Source of the DNA: Nevskia soli
Lineage (GTDB): Bacteria > Pseudomonadota > Gammaproteobacteria > Nevskiales > Nevskiaceae
Assembly (NCBI GenBank): GCA_026224805.1
Contig: JAMFRN010000138.1
Location: 19,441 to 83,440 of the forward strand
DNA: 64,000 nucleotides
Direction of reading: 5' to 3'
Every line of letters begins with the position of its first letter. The stretch's first letter is position 1. Of this stretch, positions 41,152-53,206 are shown piece by piece. The translations under genes were made by a program, and so were the position numbers. The notes below the pieces were generated by a model. The model saw only the letters and a list, made by a program, of their open reading frames with translations. It was not told the origin of the DNA and did no database searches.

Positions 41152-41232
41152 TGTCGTCCCTGACAAGCTCCGCGCCAGCGGTGTGTCGTCCCTGACAAGC
41201 ACCGGGCCATTCGTGGCCCGGACTGTTGAAAC
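41152..41232 (+). repeat. Structured repeat element, copy B plus partial tandem copy
   Basis: TGTCGTCCCTGACAAGC exact at 41152-41168 and 41184-41200; second copy continues as CCGGGCCA-TTCG-TGGCCCGG-ACTGTTGAAAC. Confidence 0.8.
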
Positions 41233-41272
41233 AAGCAAAAGGCCCCTGCTGATTTCGGGGTCTTTTTGCTTG
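41232..41272. terminator. Bidirectional intrinsic terminator-like hairpin between M23 gene and secA
   Basis: CAAGCAAAAGGCCCC...GGGGTCTTTTTGCTTG. Confidence 0.7.
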
Positions 41273-41414
41273 AAATGCCCGCATTTCGGCCTTCGGCGCC
41301 CGGTGCCCTTGAACCTGCCCGCATTGCCGCAATCCTTATCCCCTATAATCCGCGTTCCGTTAGGACGCGGCCGGCTGGCGGCTGGCCGATCATCTCCCTA
41401 AATTCAGACAGATA

Positions 41415-44165
<2,751 letters not shown>

Positions 44166-44184
44166 CGGGACGACCCCGCCGGTG

Positions 44185-44279
44185 ATCGGCTAGTGGTGAG
44201 TGGCGGGTAAAAGCTAAACTGCCCGCCTGGACGCATGGGGCCTTTACGGACCACCAGCCACTCATCACTGACCACTGTT
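44185..44279. repeat. Second heptamer-built imperfect inverted repeat
   Basis: agtggtg agtggcg ggtaaaa ... caccagc cactcat cactgac cactgtt; shares GTAAAAGC after the left arm with the 1157-1264 element. Confidence 0.7.
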
Positions 44280-44282
44280 TTT

Positions 44283-45503
44283 ATGGCCGTCAATCTCAAT
44301 CCCCCCGGCACCCTCCATCCGGTCCCCGGTGTCCGCCTTGGCGTGGCCGAAGCGGCGATCAAGAAGCCGGGCCGCAAGGACCTGCTGCTGATCGAGCTTG
44401 CCCCGGGCAGCCAGGTTGCCGGGGTCTTCACCCAGAATGCTTTTGCCGCGGCGCCGGTACAGCTGTGCCGTGAGCGGCTGTCGGCTGGAGCCGCCATGCG
44501 CGCCCTGCTGGTCAATGCCGGCAACGCCAATGCCGCCACCGGCGCGGGCGGCCTGGCGGATGCGCGGGCCACCACCGTGGCGGTGGCGCAGGCCCTGGGC
44601 TGCGCCGCGGAGCAGGTGTTGCCGTTTTCCACCGGCGTGATCGGCCAGCGCCTGCCGGTGGAGCGCATGCTGGCGGCGCTGCCGCGCGCTGTGGCCGACC
44701 TGCGCGCCGATGCCTGGCAGGATGCGGCGCGGGCGATCATGACCACCGATACGGTGCCCAAGGGCGCAAGCCGCCAGGTGCGGACCTCGCAGGGCACGGT
44801 GACGGTGACGGGCATCGCCAAGGGCGTGGGCATGATCTACCCCGATATGGCGACGCTGCTGTCCTATATCGCCACCGATGCGCGGCTGACGCCGGAGGCG
44901 GTGAAGGAATGCCTGCGGCGCGCGGCGGACGTATCCTTCAACAGCGTCACGGTGGACGGCGACACCTCCACCAACGATTCCTGCGTGCTGCTGGCCACGG
45001 GCCAGGCCGGAGCCCAGGAGGTCGGTCCGCAGCATGCGGATTTTGCGGTGATCGTCGAGGCGGTCACGGCGGTGTGCATCGAGCTGGCGCAGGCCATCGC
45101 GCGCGACGGCGAAGGTGCCACCCGCTTCATCACCATCGAGGTGGGCGGCGCCCGCAGCGTGGCCGAGGCGCGTCAGGTCGGCTATTCGATCGCCCATTCG
45201 CCCCTGGTCAAGACCGCAATGTTCGCCGGCGACGCCAACTGGGGCCGCATCGTCATGGCCATCGGCAAGGCCGGTGTCGAGGGGCTGGACCCCGCCGGGG
45301 TGGCGATCGCGCTGGACGACGTCGCGCTGATCGAGCGCGGCGAGCCGCACCCGGGCTACCGCGAGGAGTTGGGCGCCGCGGTGGTGGTCAAGCCGGAATT
45401 CACCATCCGCGTGTCGCTCGGACGCGGCGAGGCCCAGGCCCGCCTGTGGACCTGCGACTTCAGCTACGACTACGTCAAGATCAACGCGGAGTACCGCACC
45501 TGA
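44283..45503 (+). CDS. argJ: Bifunctional ornithine acetyltransferase/N-acetylglutamate synthase
   Basis: NAGNANA, IMTTDT, AKGVGMIYPDMATLL, DGDTSTND, RDGEGAT, YVKINAEYRT. Confidence 0.95.
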   Translation: MAVNLNPPGTLHPVPGVRLGVAEAAIKKPGRKDLLLIELAPGSQVAGVFTQNAFAAAPVQLCRERLSAGAAMRALLVNAGNANAATGAGGLADARATTVAVAQALGCAAEQVLPFSTGVIGQRLPVERMLAALPRAVADLRADAWQDAARAIMTTDTVPKGASRQVRTSQGTVTVTGIAKGVGMIYPDMATLLSYIATDARLTPEAVKECLRRAADVSFNSVTVDGDTSTNDSCVLLATGQAGAQEVGPQHADFAVIVEAVTAVCIELAQAIARDGEGATRFITIEVGGARSVAEARQVGYSIAHSPLVKTAMFAGDANWGRIVMAIGKAGVEGLDPAGVAIALDDVALIERGEPHPGYREELGAAVVVKPEFTIRVSLGRGEAQARLWTCDFSYDYVKINAEYRT

Positions 45504-46450
45504 AACCGCAGCCGCCGCGTCCGCTGATCCAGGTCGCCTGCGGCGTCCTGATCGATGAGGCTGGCTCGGTGCTGATCGCACAACGCCCGGAGGGCAAGAT
45601 CGCCGCCGGCAAGTGGGAATTCCCGGGCGGCAAGATCGAGCCGGGCGAGTTGCCCCTGCAAGCCCTGGTGCGCGAGCTCCACGAGGAGCTGGGGGTGGAG
45701 GTACGGGCAGCGCGGCGACTGCTCCGCTTTCGCCACGATTACGCCGACCGCACGGTCGTGCTCGATACCTGGCTGGTGAGCCGGTTCGAGGGCGTTCCCC
45801 ATTCGCGCGAGCAACAGCGCTTCGACTGGGTCACGCTGGATGACCTGCAGGCGCTGGATACGCTGCCGACGGTGGCGCCCATCGCCCTGGCCTTGCAGCT
45901 GCCGCAGCACTACGTTTTCACGCCGCCAAATGCGGACGAGGCCTTGATCCGTTCCGGCCTGCCGGGTCTGCCCAGGAGTAGCCTGCTGCGCCTGCGTATC
46001 GCGGCGCTGGATGACAAGGCCTATGCCGGGCTGGCGGCTCGCCTGTTGCAGCCGGCCGCCGAGTGCGGCATTGGCTTGATGCTGGACCGGCAGCCACACC
46101 TGGCGGCCGAGCTGGGCGCGGCCGGCTGGCATGCCACCGAGCGGGCCCTGCGCCATTACCGTGTGCGTCCGGTGGCCCGGTCGCTGCGCCTGGCGGCCTC
46201 GGTACACGATGCGGCGAGCATGGAGACGGCGCGGCGCCTGGGGGCGGATTTCATGGTGCTGGGAGCGGTACTGCCGACTGCCAGCCATCCGCAGGCGCAG
46301 GGGCTGGGCTGGGAGCGCTGGCAACAGCTGCGGGGAGAGTCGCCGCAGCCGGTGTATGCCATTGGCGGGGTGGGGCCGCAGCAGCTGGATCAGGCCCACG
46401 AACACGGTGCCCAGGGCGTGGCCGGTATCCGCGCCTACTGGGGCGACTAG
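45500..46450 (+). CDS. Nudix hydrolase (MutT-like) fused to a thiamine-phosphate-synthase-like domain; probable CTG start
   Basis: Nudix box WEFPGGKIEPGE...RELHEELG; C-terminal ASVHD, GADF, PTASHP, VYAIGG. Confidence 0.85.
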   Translation: MKPQPPRPLIQVACGVLIDEAGSVLIAQRPEGKIAAGKWEFPGGKIEPGELPLQALVRELHEELGVEVRAARRLLRFRHDYADRTVVLDTWLVSRFEGVPHSREQQRFDWVTLDDLQALDTLPTVAPIALALQLPQHYVFTPPNADEALIRSGLPGLPRSSLLRLRIAALDDKAYAGLAARLLQPAAECGIGLMLDRQPHLAAELGAAGWHATERALRHYRVRPVARSLRLAASVHDAASMETARRLGADFMVLGAVLPTASHPQAQGLGWERWQQLRGESPQPVYAIGGVGPQQLDQAHEHGAQGVAGIRAYWGD

Positions 46451-46466
46451 AGCGCTGTACGGGGTG

Positions 46467-46655
46467 TTATTCCCCGTCCTGATCCGCCGCGGCTTCCGGA
46501 TCTTCCGCCACCGGCAGCGCGTAGCGCCCGCTCATCCAGTCCCCCAGATCGATCAGCTTGCAGCGTTCGGAGCAGAACGGCCGCCACACGTTCTGCGGAT
46601 CGAGGCGGGTGCTGGTGCCGCAGCGGGGGCAGGCGGCGATTCTCGGTGCGGTCAT
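46467..46655 (-). CDS. yacG: DNA gyrase inhibitor YacG
   Basis: CPRCG...RPFCSERCKLIDLGDW. Confidence 0.93.
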   Translation of the reverse strand: MTAPRIAACPRCGTSTRLDPQNVWRPFCSERCKLIDLGDWMSGRYALPVAEDPEAAADQDGE

Positions 46656-46709
46656 CGGTGCGGGTGTTGCAGAGTGGATCTGGGAATGGATCTGGGCCGC
46701 GCAGCGGGA

Positions 46710-47495
46710 TCAGTGGTTCGACAGCAGGCAGCATTGCAGGCGGAAGTCGATGCTGCCGCCGGCCTGCACGTTGCGGGTGTTGACGTCGCCCAGGCGCATG
46801 AAGCGGATGGAGACGCGGTATTTGCCGGCGCTGATCTCGGGATAGACGTCGGCCGATGCCGGCACCATCACCCGCACCAGTTGATAGGACGCCTGCGGCA
46901 CATGCAGGAAGACCCCGCCTTCGGCGGTGTGGCTGGTGGGCTGGGTGCTGTCGCGCAACAGCCGCAGGTACAGGCCGATGGCGTGCTCCAGCGGCCGCAG
47001 ACTGGCGAACCAGGACTGCAGGTCGCGCTGGGTATCCGCCTGCGGGCGGGCCAGCCAGCGGTGGTAGGCCGGCAGGTCGAAGCCGCAGGCGCCGCCGGGG
47101 ATGGAACTGCGGTTGAGCACCGCGAACAGAAATTCGTTTTCGCGCAGCACCATGGCCGGATGGGAGCTGCCCATGCCCTGCAGCTCGGCGGCGACGCCGC
47201 CCAATTCCTTCAGCACTTCGTTGAGGCGCTCGGGATTGACGTCGGGGCGCTTGCTGAGCCGGGTCAGGGTGGAGTGCTGTTCGAAAATTTCCTTGAGCAG
47301 TTCGGTGCGCAGGTCGGAGCGCCCCATTACCGAGAGGATGTCGAGCAGGGTGTGCAGGCTGGAGCGCAGGCCCCAGGCGGAAGTGTCGATGCACTGGTGC
47401 TGGTACTGGGCAAACAGGAATTCAAGGCGCAGGAGGAAACGTATCCGCTCGCTCAGCGGATGCTCGAAGGCGATCCAGTCCGCGCCCTGGTCCAT
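46710..47495 (-). CDS. zapD: Cell division protein ZapD
   Basis: FEHPLSERIRFLLRLE, IPGGACGFDLP, YPEISAGKYRVSIRF; ATG 47495. Confidence 0.92.
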   Translation of the reverse strand: MDQGADWIAFEHPLSERIRFLLRLEFLFAQYQHQCIDTSAWGLRSSLHTLLDILSVMGRSDLRTELLKEIFEQHSTLTRLSKRPDVNPERLNEVLKELGGVAAELQGMGSSHPAMVLRENEFLFAVLNRSSIPGGACGFDLPAYHRWLARPQADTQRDLQSWFASLRPLEHAIGLYLRLLRDSTQPTSHTAEGGVFLHVPQASYQLVRVMVPASADVYPEISAGKYRVSIRFMRLGDVNTRNVQAGGSIDFRLQCCLLSNH

Positions 47496-47598
47496 CAATC
47501 TATGAATCCATGGGTGATCCCCGCATTGTGGCGTGCCGGGACGAGGAGGGCAAACGGGCGCGGATCGGGGTGCGCGACGGAGCGAAAGGCCCTCCGCC

Positions 47599-48218
<620 letters not shown>

Positions 48219-48222
<4 letters not shown>

Positions 48223-49079
48223 GGATGGGACAGGCCGCGCAGGGCCTCACCCCAGATCAGGGTGATCCAGCCGGCGCCGGCAAGGTAGGGGCCGAAGGAG
48301 ATGGGAATGTTGCGGTCGCGTCCGCGGAACAGGATCAGGCTGATGCCGACCACCGAACCGACCAGGGAGGACAGCAGGATGATCATGGGCAGTGAGGTGG
48401 CGCCGAACCAGGCGCCGAGCGCCGCCAGCAGCTTGAAATCGCCATGGCCCATGCCTTCCTTGCCGGTGAGCAGCTTGTAGCCGTGGTAGATCAGCCACAG
48501 GCTGAGATAGCCGAAGACGGCGCCGCCGATGCTGGCGGACGGGGTGGTGAAGACGCCGAAGCAGGCCAGGCACAGGCCGGCCCACAGCAGCGGCAGGGTG
48601 ATGCTGTCGGGCAGCAGCTGCTCGCGGAAATCGATCACCGTCAGCACCAGTAGGGCCCAGCTCAGCACCAGCCCGGCGGCGAGCCGCGGCCCCCAGCCGA
48701 AATGCCAGGCGCAGACCGCGGACAGGATTCCCGCTGCCAGCTCCACCAGGGGGTATTGCGGCGAGATCGGGGCCCGACAATCGGCGCAGCGGCCGCGCAG
48801 CAACAGCCAGCCGAGCAGCGGCAGGTTGTGCCAGGGCCGGATGCGGGCGCCGCAAGAGGGGCAGCTGGAGGGCGGCTGCGACAGGCTGATGCGTGCCGGG
48901 GCCGGCTCCTCGGCCGGCGCTTCGAGGATCAGCCGGGCTTCGTGCCGCCATTCGGCTTCCATCATGCGCGGCAGGCGCAGGCTGACCACGTTGAGGAAGC
49001 TGCCGACCATCAGGCCCAGGATCGCGGCGATGCCGACGAGCAGGCCGGGATTGGCGCGCAGCGCCTCGATCAATGCCAT
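48219..49079 (-). CDS. pilD: Prepilin peptidase/N-methyltransferase
   Basis: GSFLNVV, CPSC and CADC zinc pairs, EGMGHGDFKL, FGPYLA. Confidence 0.95.
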
Positions 49080-49104
49080 GGCTAAGCGGGATCTTTTGGG
49101 AGGC

Positions 49105-50325
49105 TTAGATGGCTTCGCCCAGCTTGAAGATCGGCAGGTACATGGCCACGACCAGGCCGCCGACCAGCACGCCCAGCACCACCATGATCATCGGCTCCAT
49201 CAGGGCGGTGAGGTTGTCGACCATGACGTCGACCTCTTCCTCGTAAAACTCGGCGACCTTGGCGCACATGTGGTCCAGCGAGCCGGACTCCTCGCCGATC
49301 GCCACCATCTGCACCGCCATGTTGGGGAACAGGCCGGTCTGCTGCATGGTGAGCTGCAGCTGGGTGCCGGTGGCGACCTGGTCGCGCATGGTCAGGATGG
49401 CTTCGGTGAAGATGATGTTGCCGGCGGCCTTGGCTACCGACTCCATCGCTTCCACCAGGGGTACGCCAGCGGCGAACATGGTGGACAGGGTGCGGGCGAA
49501 ACGCGCCACGGCGGACTTGTAGAGGATGTCGCCGATGATCGGGATCTTGAGCATCAGGCGATCGACCAGGCGGCGGAACGCGGGCGAGCGGATGTGGGCC
49601 TCGCGATAGGCGAAGAAAGTGCCGACAACGACTCCCAAGACCACCCACCAGTCCGCCTGTACGAAGGCTGACAGGGAAATGACCCATTTGGTGAAGGCCG
49701 GCAGATCGGCGCCAAAGCCCTTGAACAACTCCTGGAACTGCGGAATCACGAAGACCAGCAGGATACCGGTGACGATAAAGGCGACCACCAGCACGGCGGC
49801 CGGGTAGGTCAGCGCCTTTTTCACCTTTTTCTTCAAGGATTCGGTTTTTTCCTTGTAAGTGGCGATTTTTTCCAGCAGGGTTTCCAGGGCACCGGATTTC
49901 TCGCCGGCGTCCACCAGGTTGACGAACAGGTCGTCGAAGTAGCGCGGGAACTTGGCTAGGCTTTCGGCCAGCGAGGAGCCGCCTTCGATGTTGGACTTGA
50001 TGGAGAGGATCATCTCGCCCATGGCGGGATTGGCATGGCCGCGGCCGACGATTTCCATGGACTGCACCAGCGGCACGCCGGCGCTCATCATGGTGGCGAG
50101 CTGGCGGCTGAAGATGGCGATGTCCTGCCCGGTGATCTTCTTCTTGCGCTTGCCGAACAGGGTGGACTGCCGGCGCACCCGGATCGGGTTGATGCCCTGC
50201 TTGCGCAGCTGGGTCTTAATATAGCTTTCGCTGGGGCCTTCGGTAATGCCCTTGATGCGGGCACCCTTGCGGTCCACCCCTTCCCAGGTGAACGCGTATT
50301 CCTTGATTACCGTTACTGCTGCCAT
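49105..50325 (-). CDS. pilC: Type IV pilus inner-membrane platform protein
   Basis: FSRQLATMMSAGVPL, AGEKSGAL, KKALTYP, IGEESGSLD, MYLPIFKLG. Confidence 0.95.
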   Translation of the reverse strand: MAAVTVIKEYAFTWEGVDRKGARIKGITEGPSESYIKTQLRKQGINPIRVRRQSTLFGKRKKKITGQDIAIFSRQLATMMSAGVPLVQSMEIVGRGHANPAMGEMILSIKSNIEGGSSLAESLAKFPRYFDDLFVNLVDAGEKSGALETLLEKIATYKEKTESLKKKVKKALTYPAAVLVVAFIVTGILLVFVIPQFQELFKGFGADLPAFTKWVISLSAFVQADWWVVLGVVVGTFFAYREAHIRSPAFRRLVDRLMLKIPIIGDILYKSAVARFARTLSTMFAAGVPLVEAMESVAKAAGNIIFTEAILTMRDQVATGTQLQLTMQQTGLFPNMAVQMVAIGEESGSLDHMCAKVAEFYEEEVDVMVDNLTALMEPMIMVVLGVLVGGLVVAMYLPIFKLGEAI

Positions 50326-50394
50326 GTCCAACTCCCCTTTCCCCAAAGATTACGCGGACTTCCGGTGCCCGGCGTGTGTTTCTTCGAGAATAGT

Positions 50395-52131
50395 CTAATC
50401 CGTGGTGACGCGGTTGGCCTCTGTCAGGTCGATCTGCCCGTCGCGCACCTTTTTCAGGGCCGAGCGCCGCAGGTCGGAAACCCCTTCGCGCCGTGCCTGG
50501 TCGGCGATTTCGATGGCATTGCCGTTTTCCATGATGATGCGGGAGATGGCGTCGGTCACCGGCATCACCTGGTAAATGCCGGTGCGGCCCTTGTAGCCGT
50601 TGTTGCACTGGTCGCAGCCAACGGCCTTGAACAGGCCAAAGCCGGGGCTGTCGATGTCCTCGGCGCTGAAGCCTTCGCGCAGCAATTCGTCGCGCGGCAC
50701 CGACGGGTCGGGCTGCTTGCATACCTTGCACAGCTTGCGCGCCAGGCGCTGGGCGATGATCAGGGTGACGCAGGAGGCGACGTTATAGGCCGGCACGCCC
50801 ATGTTGAGCAGGCGGGTCAGGGTTTGCGGGGCGTCGTTGGTGTGCAGGGTGGACAGCACCAGATGGCCGGTCTGGGCGGCCTTGATGGCGATCTCGGCCG
50901 TTTCCAGGTCGCGGATTTCGCCGACCATGATGACGTCCGGGTCCTGTCGCAGGAAGGCCTTGAGGGCGGCGGCAAAGGTGAGGCCGACCTTGGGGTTGAC
51001 GTTGACCTGGTTGATGCCGGGCAGGTTGATTTCCGCCGGGTCTTCGGCGGTGGAGATGTTGCAGTCCTCGGTGTTGAGGATGTTGATGCCGGTGTACAGG
51101 GACACGGTCTTGCCCGAGCCGGTGGGGCCGGTGACCAGGATCATGCCCTGCGGCTTGCCCAGGGCCTTCATGTAATGGTCTTTCTGGATCGGCTCGTAAC
51201 CCAGGGCGTCGATGCCGAGCATGGCGCTGGACGAGTCGAGGATACGCATCACCACTTTTTCGCCCCACAGGGTGGGGCAGGTGCTGACGCGGAAGTCGAT
51301 CGACTTGGTGGCCGACAGCTTCAGCTTGATGCGGCCGTCCTGCGGCACGCGGCGCTCGGCCAGGTCGAGGCGCGACATCACTTTCAGGCGGGCGGCAAAG
51401 CGGCCGGCCAGCTGTACGGGGGGCGAGGCGATTTCCTTCAGCTCGCCGTCCAGGCGGTAGCGGATGCGGTATTTCTTTTCGTAGGGCTCGAAATGGATAT
51501 CCGAGCAGCCGCGGTTGATGGCATCGATCAGCACCTTGTTGACGTAGCGGATGATGGGGGCATCATCTTCGTCGCTGCCGGCGTTTTTTTCCTCCGGGGC
51601 TGCTTCGTCCCCCCCTTCGATGCTCAGATTCTCCAGATCGGAGTCGCCGGCGCCGATGCTGCCGGACTGGATGATATTGACCGCGGCTTCGATCGCCTTG
51701 GCCAGCTTGTCCTCTTCGACCAGAACCGCCTCGGTGGCGAAGCCGCTGGCAAACTTGAACTCGTCCAGGGCCTGCAGGTTGGTCGGATCGGACAGGGCGA
51801 GATAGAGCTTGCGGCCGCGCTTGTACAGGGGCAGGGCGTGCTGTGTCCGGATCAGCTTTTCACCAAGATCCCGGATCGTGCCGATATCCGGCTCGATGCT
51901 GCCCAGATCGAGCAGGGGGGTGCCGAATTCATTGCTGGCGAACTCCGCCAGGCGCGGCGCCGGGATCAGCTTGTCCTCGACCAGTTGCGAGACGATGGGC
52001 TTGGCGTTGCGCAGGGCCTTGGCCTGGGACTCCCGGGCCTGCTCCTCGGTCAGCAACTGGTTGGCGACGAAGCGCCGGGCCAAGCCGCTGAGGGGCGGGC
52101 CGGAAACGGTTGCGTTGGGACTCAGGGCCAC
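50395..52131 (-). CDS. pilB: Type IV-A pilus assembly ATPase
   Basis: TGPTGSGKT, FLRQDPDVIMVGEIRD, TGHLVLSTLHTN, tetracysteine motif. Confidence 0.96.
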   Translation of the reverse strand: MALSPNATVSGPPLSGLARRFVANQLLTEEQARESQAKALRNAKPIVSQLVEDKLIPAPRLAEFASNEFGTPLLDLGSIEPDIGTIRDLGEKLIRTQHALPLYKRGRKLYLALSDPTNLQALDEFKFASGFATEAVLVEEDKLAKAIEAAVNIIQSGSIGAGDSDLENLSIEGGDEAAPEEKNAGSDEDDAPIIRYVNKVLIDAINRGCSDIHFEPYEKKYRIRYRLDGELKEIASPPVQLAGRFAARLKVMSRLDLAERRVPQDGRIKLKLSATKSIDFRVSTCPTLWGEKVVMRILDSSSAMLGIDALGYEPIQKDHYMKALGKPQGMILVTGPTGSGKTVSLYTGINILNTEDCNISTAEDPAEINLPGINQVNVNPKVGLTFAAALKAFLRQDPDVIMVGEIRDLETAEIAIKAAQTGHLVLSTLHTNDAPQTLTRLLNMGVPAYNVASCVTLIIAQRLARKLCKVCKQPDPSVPRDELLREGFSAEDIDSPGFGLFKAVGCDQCNNGYKGRTGIYQVMPVTDAISRIIMENGNAIEIADQARREGVSDLRRSALKKVRDGQIDLTEANRVTTD

Positions 52132-52340
52132 GGCGTGCTGGGGGTCTGGATGGTTCGATCTTGCTCAGCAGGGAACCTATACTTCCCCGCCGGCAGCGTC
52201 AATCTTCACGCAATCGCCCCGTAACGAACGCCCCCACTGGGGTTCCATAACCGCGGCCCGTACAATGCCGCTGCCCCCCGGCCGGTCCGGCGGGGTGCGG
52301 CGCCCGACTCACACGTCAAACAAACTTACAGAGGCAATGC

Positions 52341-53189
52341 TTGATTAGCATCATACTGCCCGCCAAGAATGAAGCGGAGGCGCTGCGCGGCTTGCTGCCG
52401 CGGCTGCGCGCGGCCCAGCCGTCTGCGGAAATCATCGTGGTCGACGATGGCTCGAGCGACGGCACCAAGGGGATCTGCGGCGAGCATGGCGTTCAGTGCC
52501 TGTCCTCGCCTTATTCGATGGGGAACGGCGCCGCGATCAAGCGGGGCGCGCGTGCCGCCCGGGGCGAGATCCTGGTATTCATGGATGCCGACGGCCAGCA
52601 TTCCCCGGACAGTATCCAGCCGCTGCTGGATCGCCTGTCGGAGGGGTATGACATGGTGGTGGGCAGCCGCTCCTGGTCGGATCAGGCTGGCGTCAGCAGG
52701 GGCGTGGCCAACACGCTTTATAACCGCATCGCGAGCTGGATGACGGGATTCAAGGTGATGGACCTGACGTCCGGATTCCGTGCCGTCCGCGCCGACAAGT
52801 TCCGGGAGTTCCTGCATCTGCTGCCGAACGGCTTTTCCTACCCCACCACTATCACCATGGCGTTCTTCCGCAGCGCCTATCCTGTGAGCTATTTTCCGAT
52901 CCCGGTGGCCCAGCGTATCGGCAAGAGCCATATCCGGCCGCTGCGGGACGGGGTTCGGTTCCTGCTGATCATTTTCAAAATCGCCACGCTCTATTCGCCC
53001 CTCAAGCTGTTTGTGCCCACCGGCGCGGGGTTCTTCCTGATTGGCTTCGGTTATTACCTTTACACCTATTTCACTGTACATCGCTTAACCAATATGAGCG
53101 CGCTGATGTTCAGCGCCGCAGTGATCATCTTTCTGATCGGCCTGATCTCCGAGCAGATCACGGCGCTCACTTACCGTCGGCATGACTGA
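52341..53189 (+). CDS. Glycosyltransferase family 2 (DPM1/GtrB-like) with C-terminal TM helices
   Basis: SIILPAKNE, VVDDGSSD, FMDADGQH, DLTSGFR; TTG start. Confidence 0.88.
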   Translation: MISIILPAKNEAEALRGLLPRLRAAQPSAEIIVVDDGSSDGTKGICGEHGVQCLSSPYSMGNGAAIKRGARAARGEILVFMDADGQHSPDSIQPLLDRLSEGYDMVVGSRSWSDQAGVSRGVANTLYNRIASWMTGFKVMDLTSGFRAVRADKFREFLHLLPNGFSYPTTITMAFFRSAYPVSYFPIPVAQRIGKSHIRPLRDGVRFLLIIFKIATLYSPLKLFVPTGAGFFLIGFGYYLYTYFTVHRLTNMSALMFSAAVIIFLIGLISEQITALTYRRHD

Positions 53190-53206
53190 ACGGCGAGGGT
53201 AGACTC

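Noticed and set aside
38341-41232. Calling the repeat units a CRISPR array
   Set aside because: Units are about 2.8 kb apart or lack unique spacers of regular length; no cas genes in the window
46675-46696. TGGATCTGGG direct repeat x2 between zapD and yacG
   Set aside because: Too short, with no supporting context
52158-52176. Possible sigma-54 (pilA-type) promoter upstream of the GT2 gene
   Set aside because: GG-to-GC spacing is 9 rather than 10 and the -24 box is poor
52337-52348. ATG-CTT-GAT-TAG minigene overlapping the GT2 TTG start
   Set aside because: Could be chance; TTG has an acceptable SD and the GT2 N-terminus looks complete
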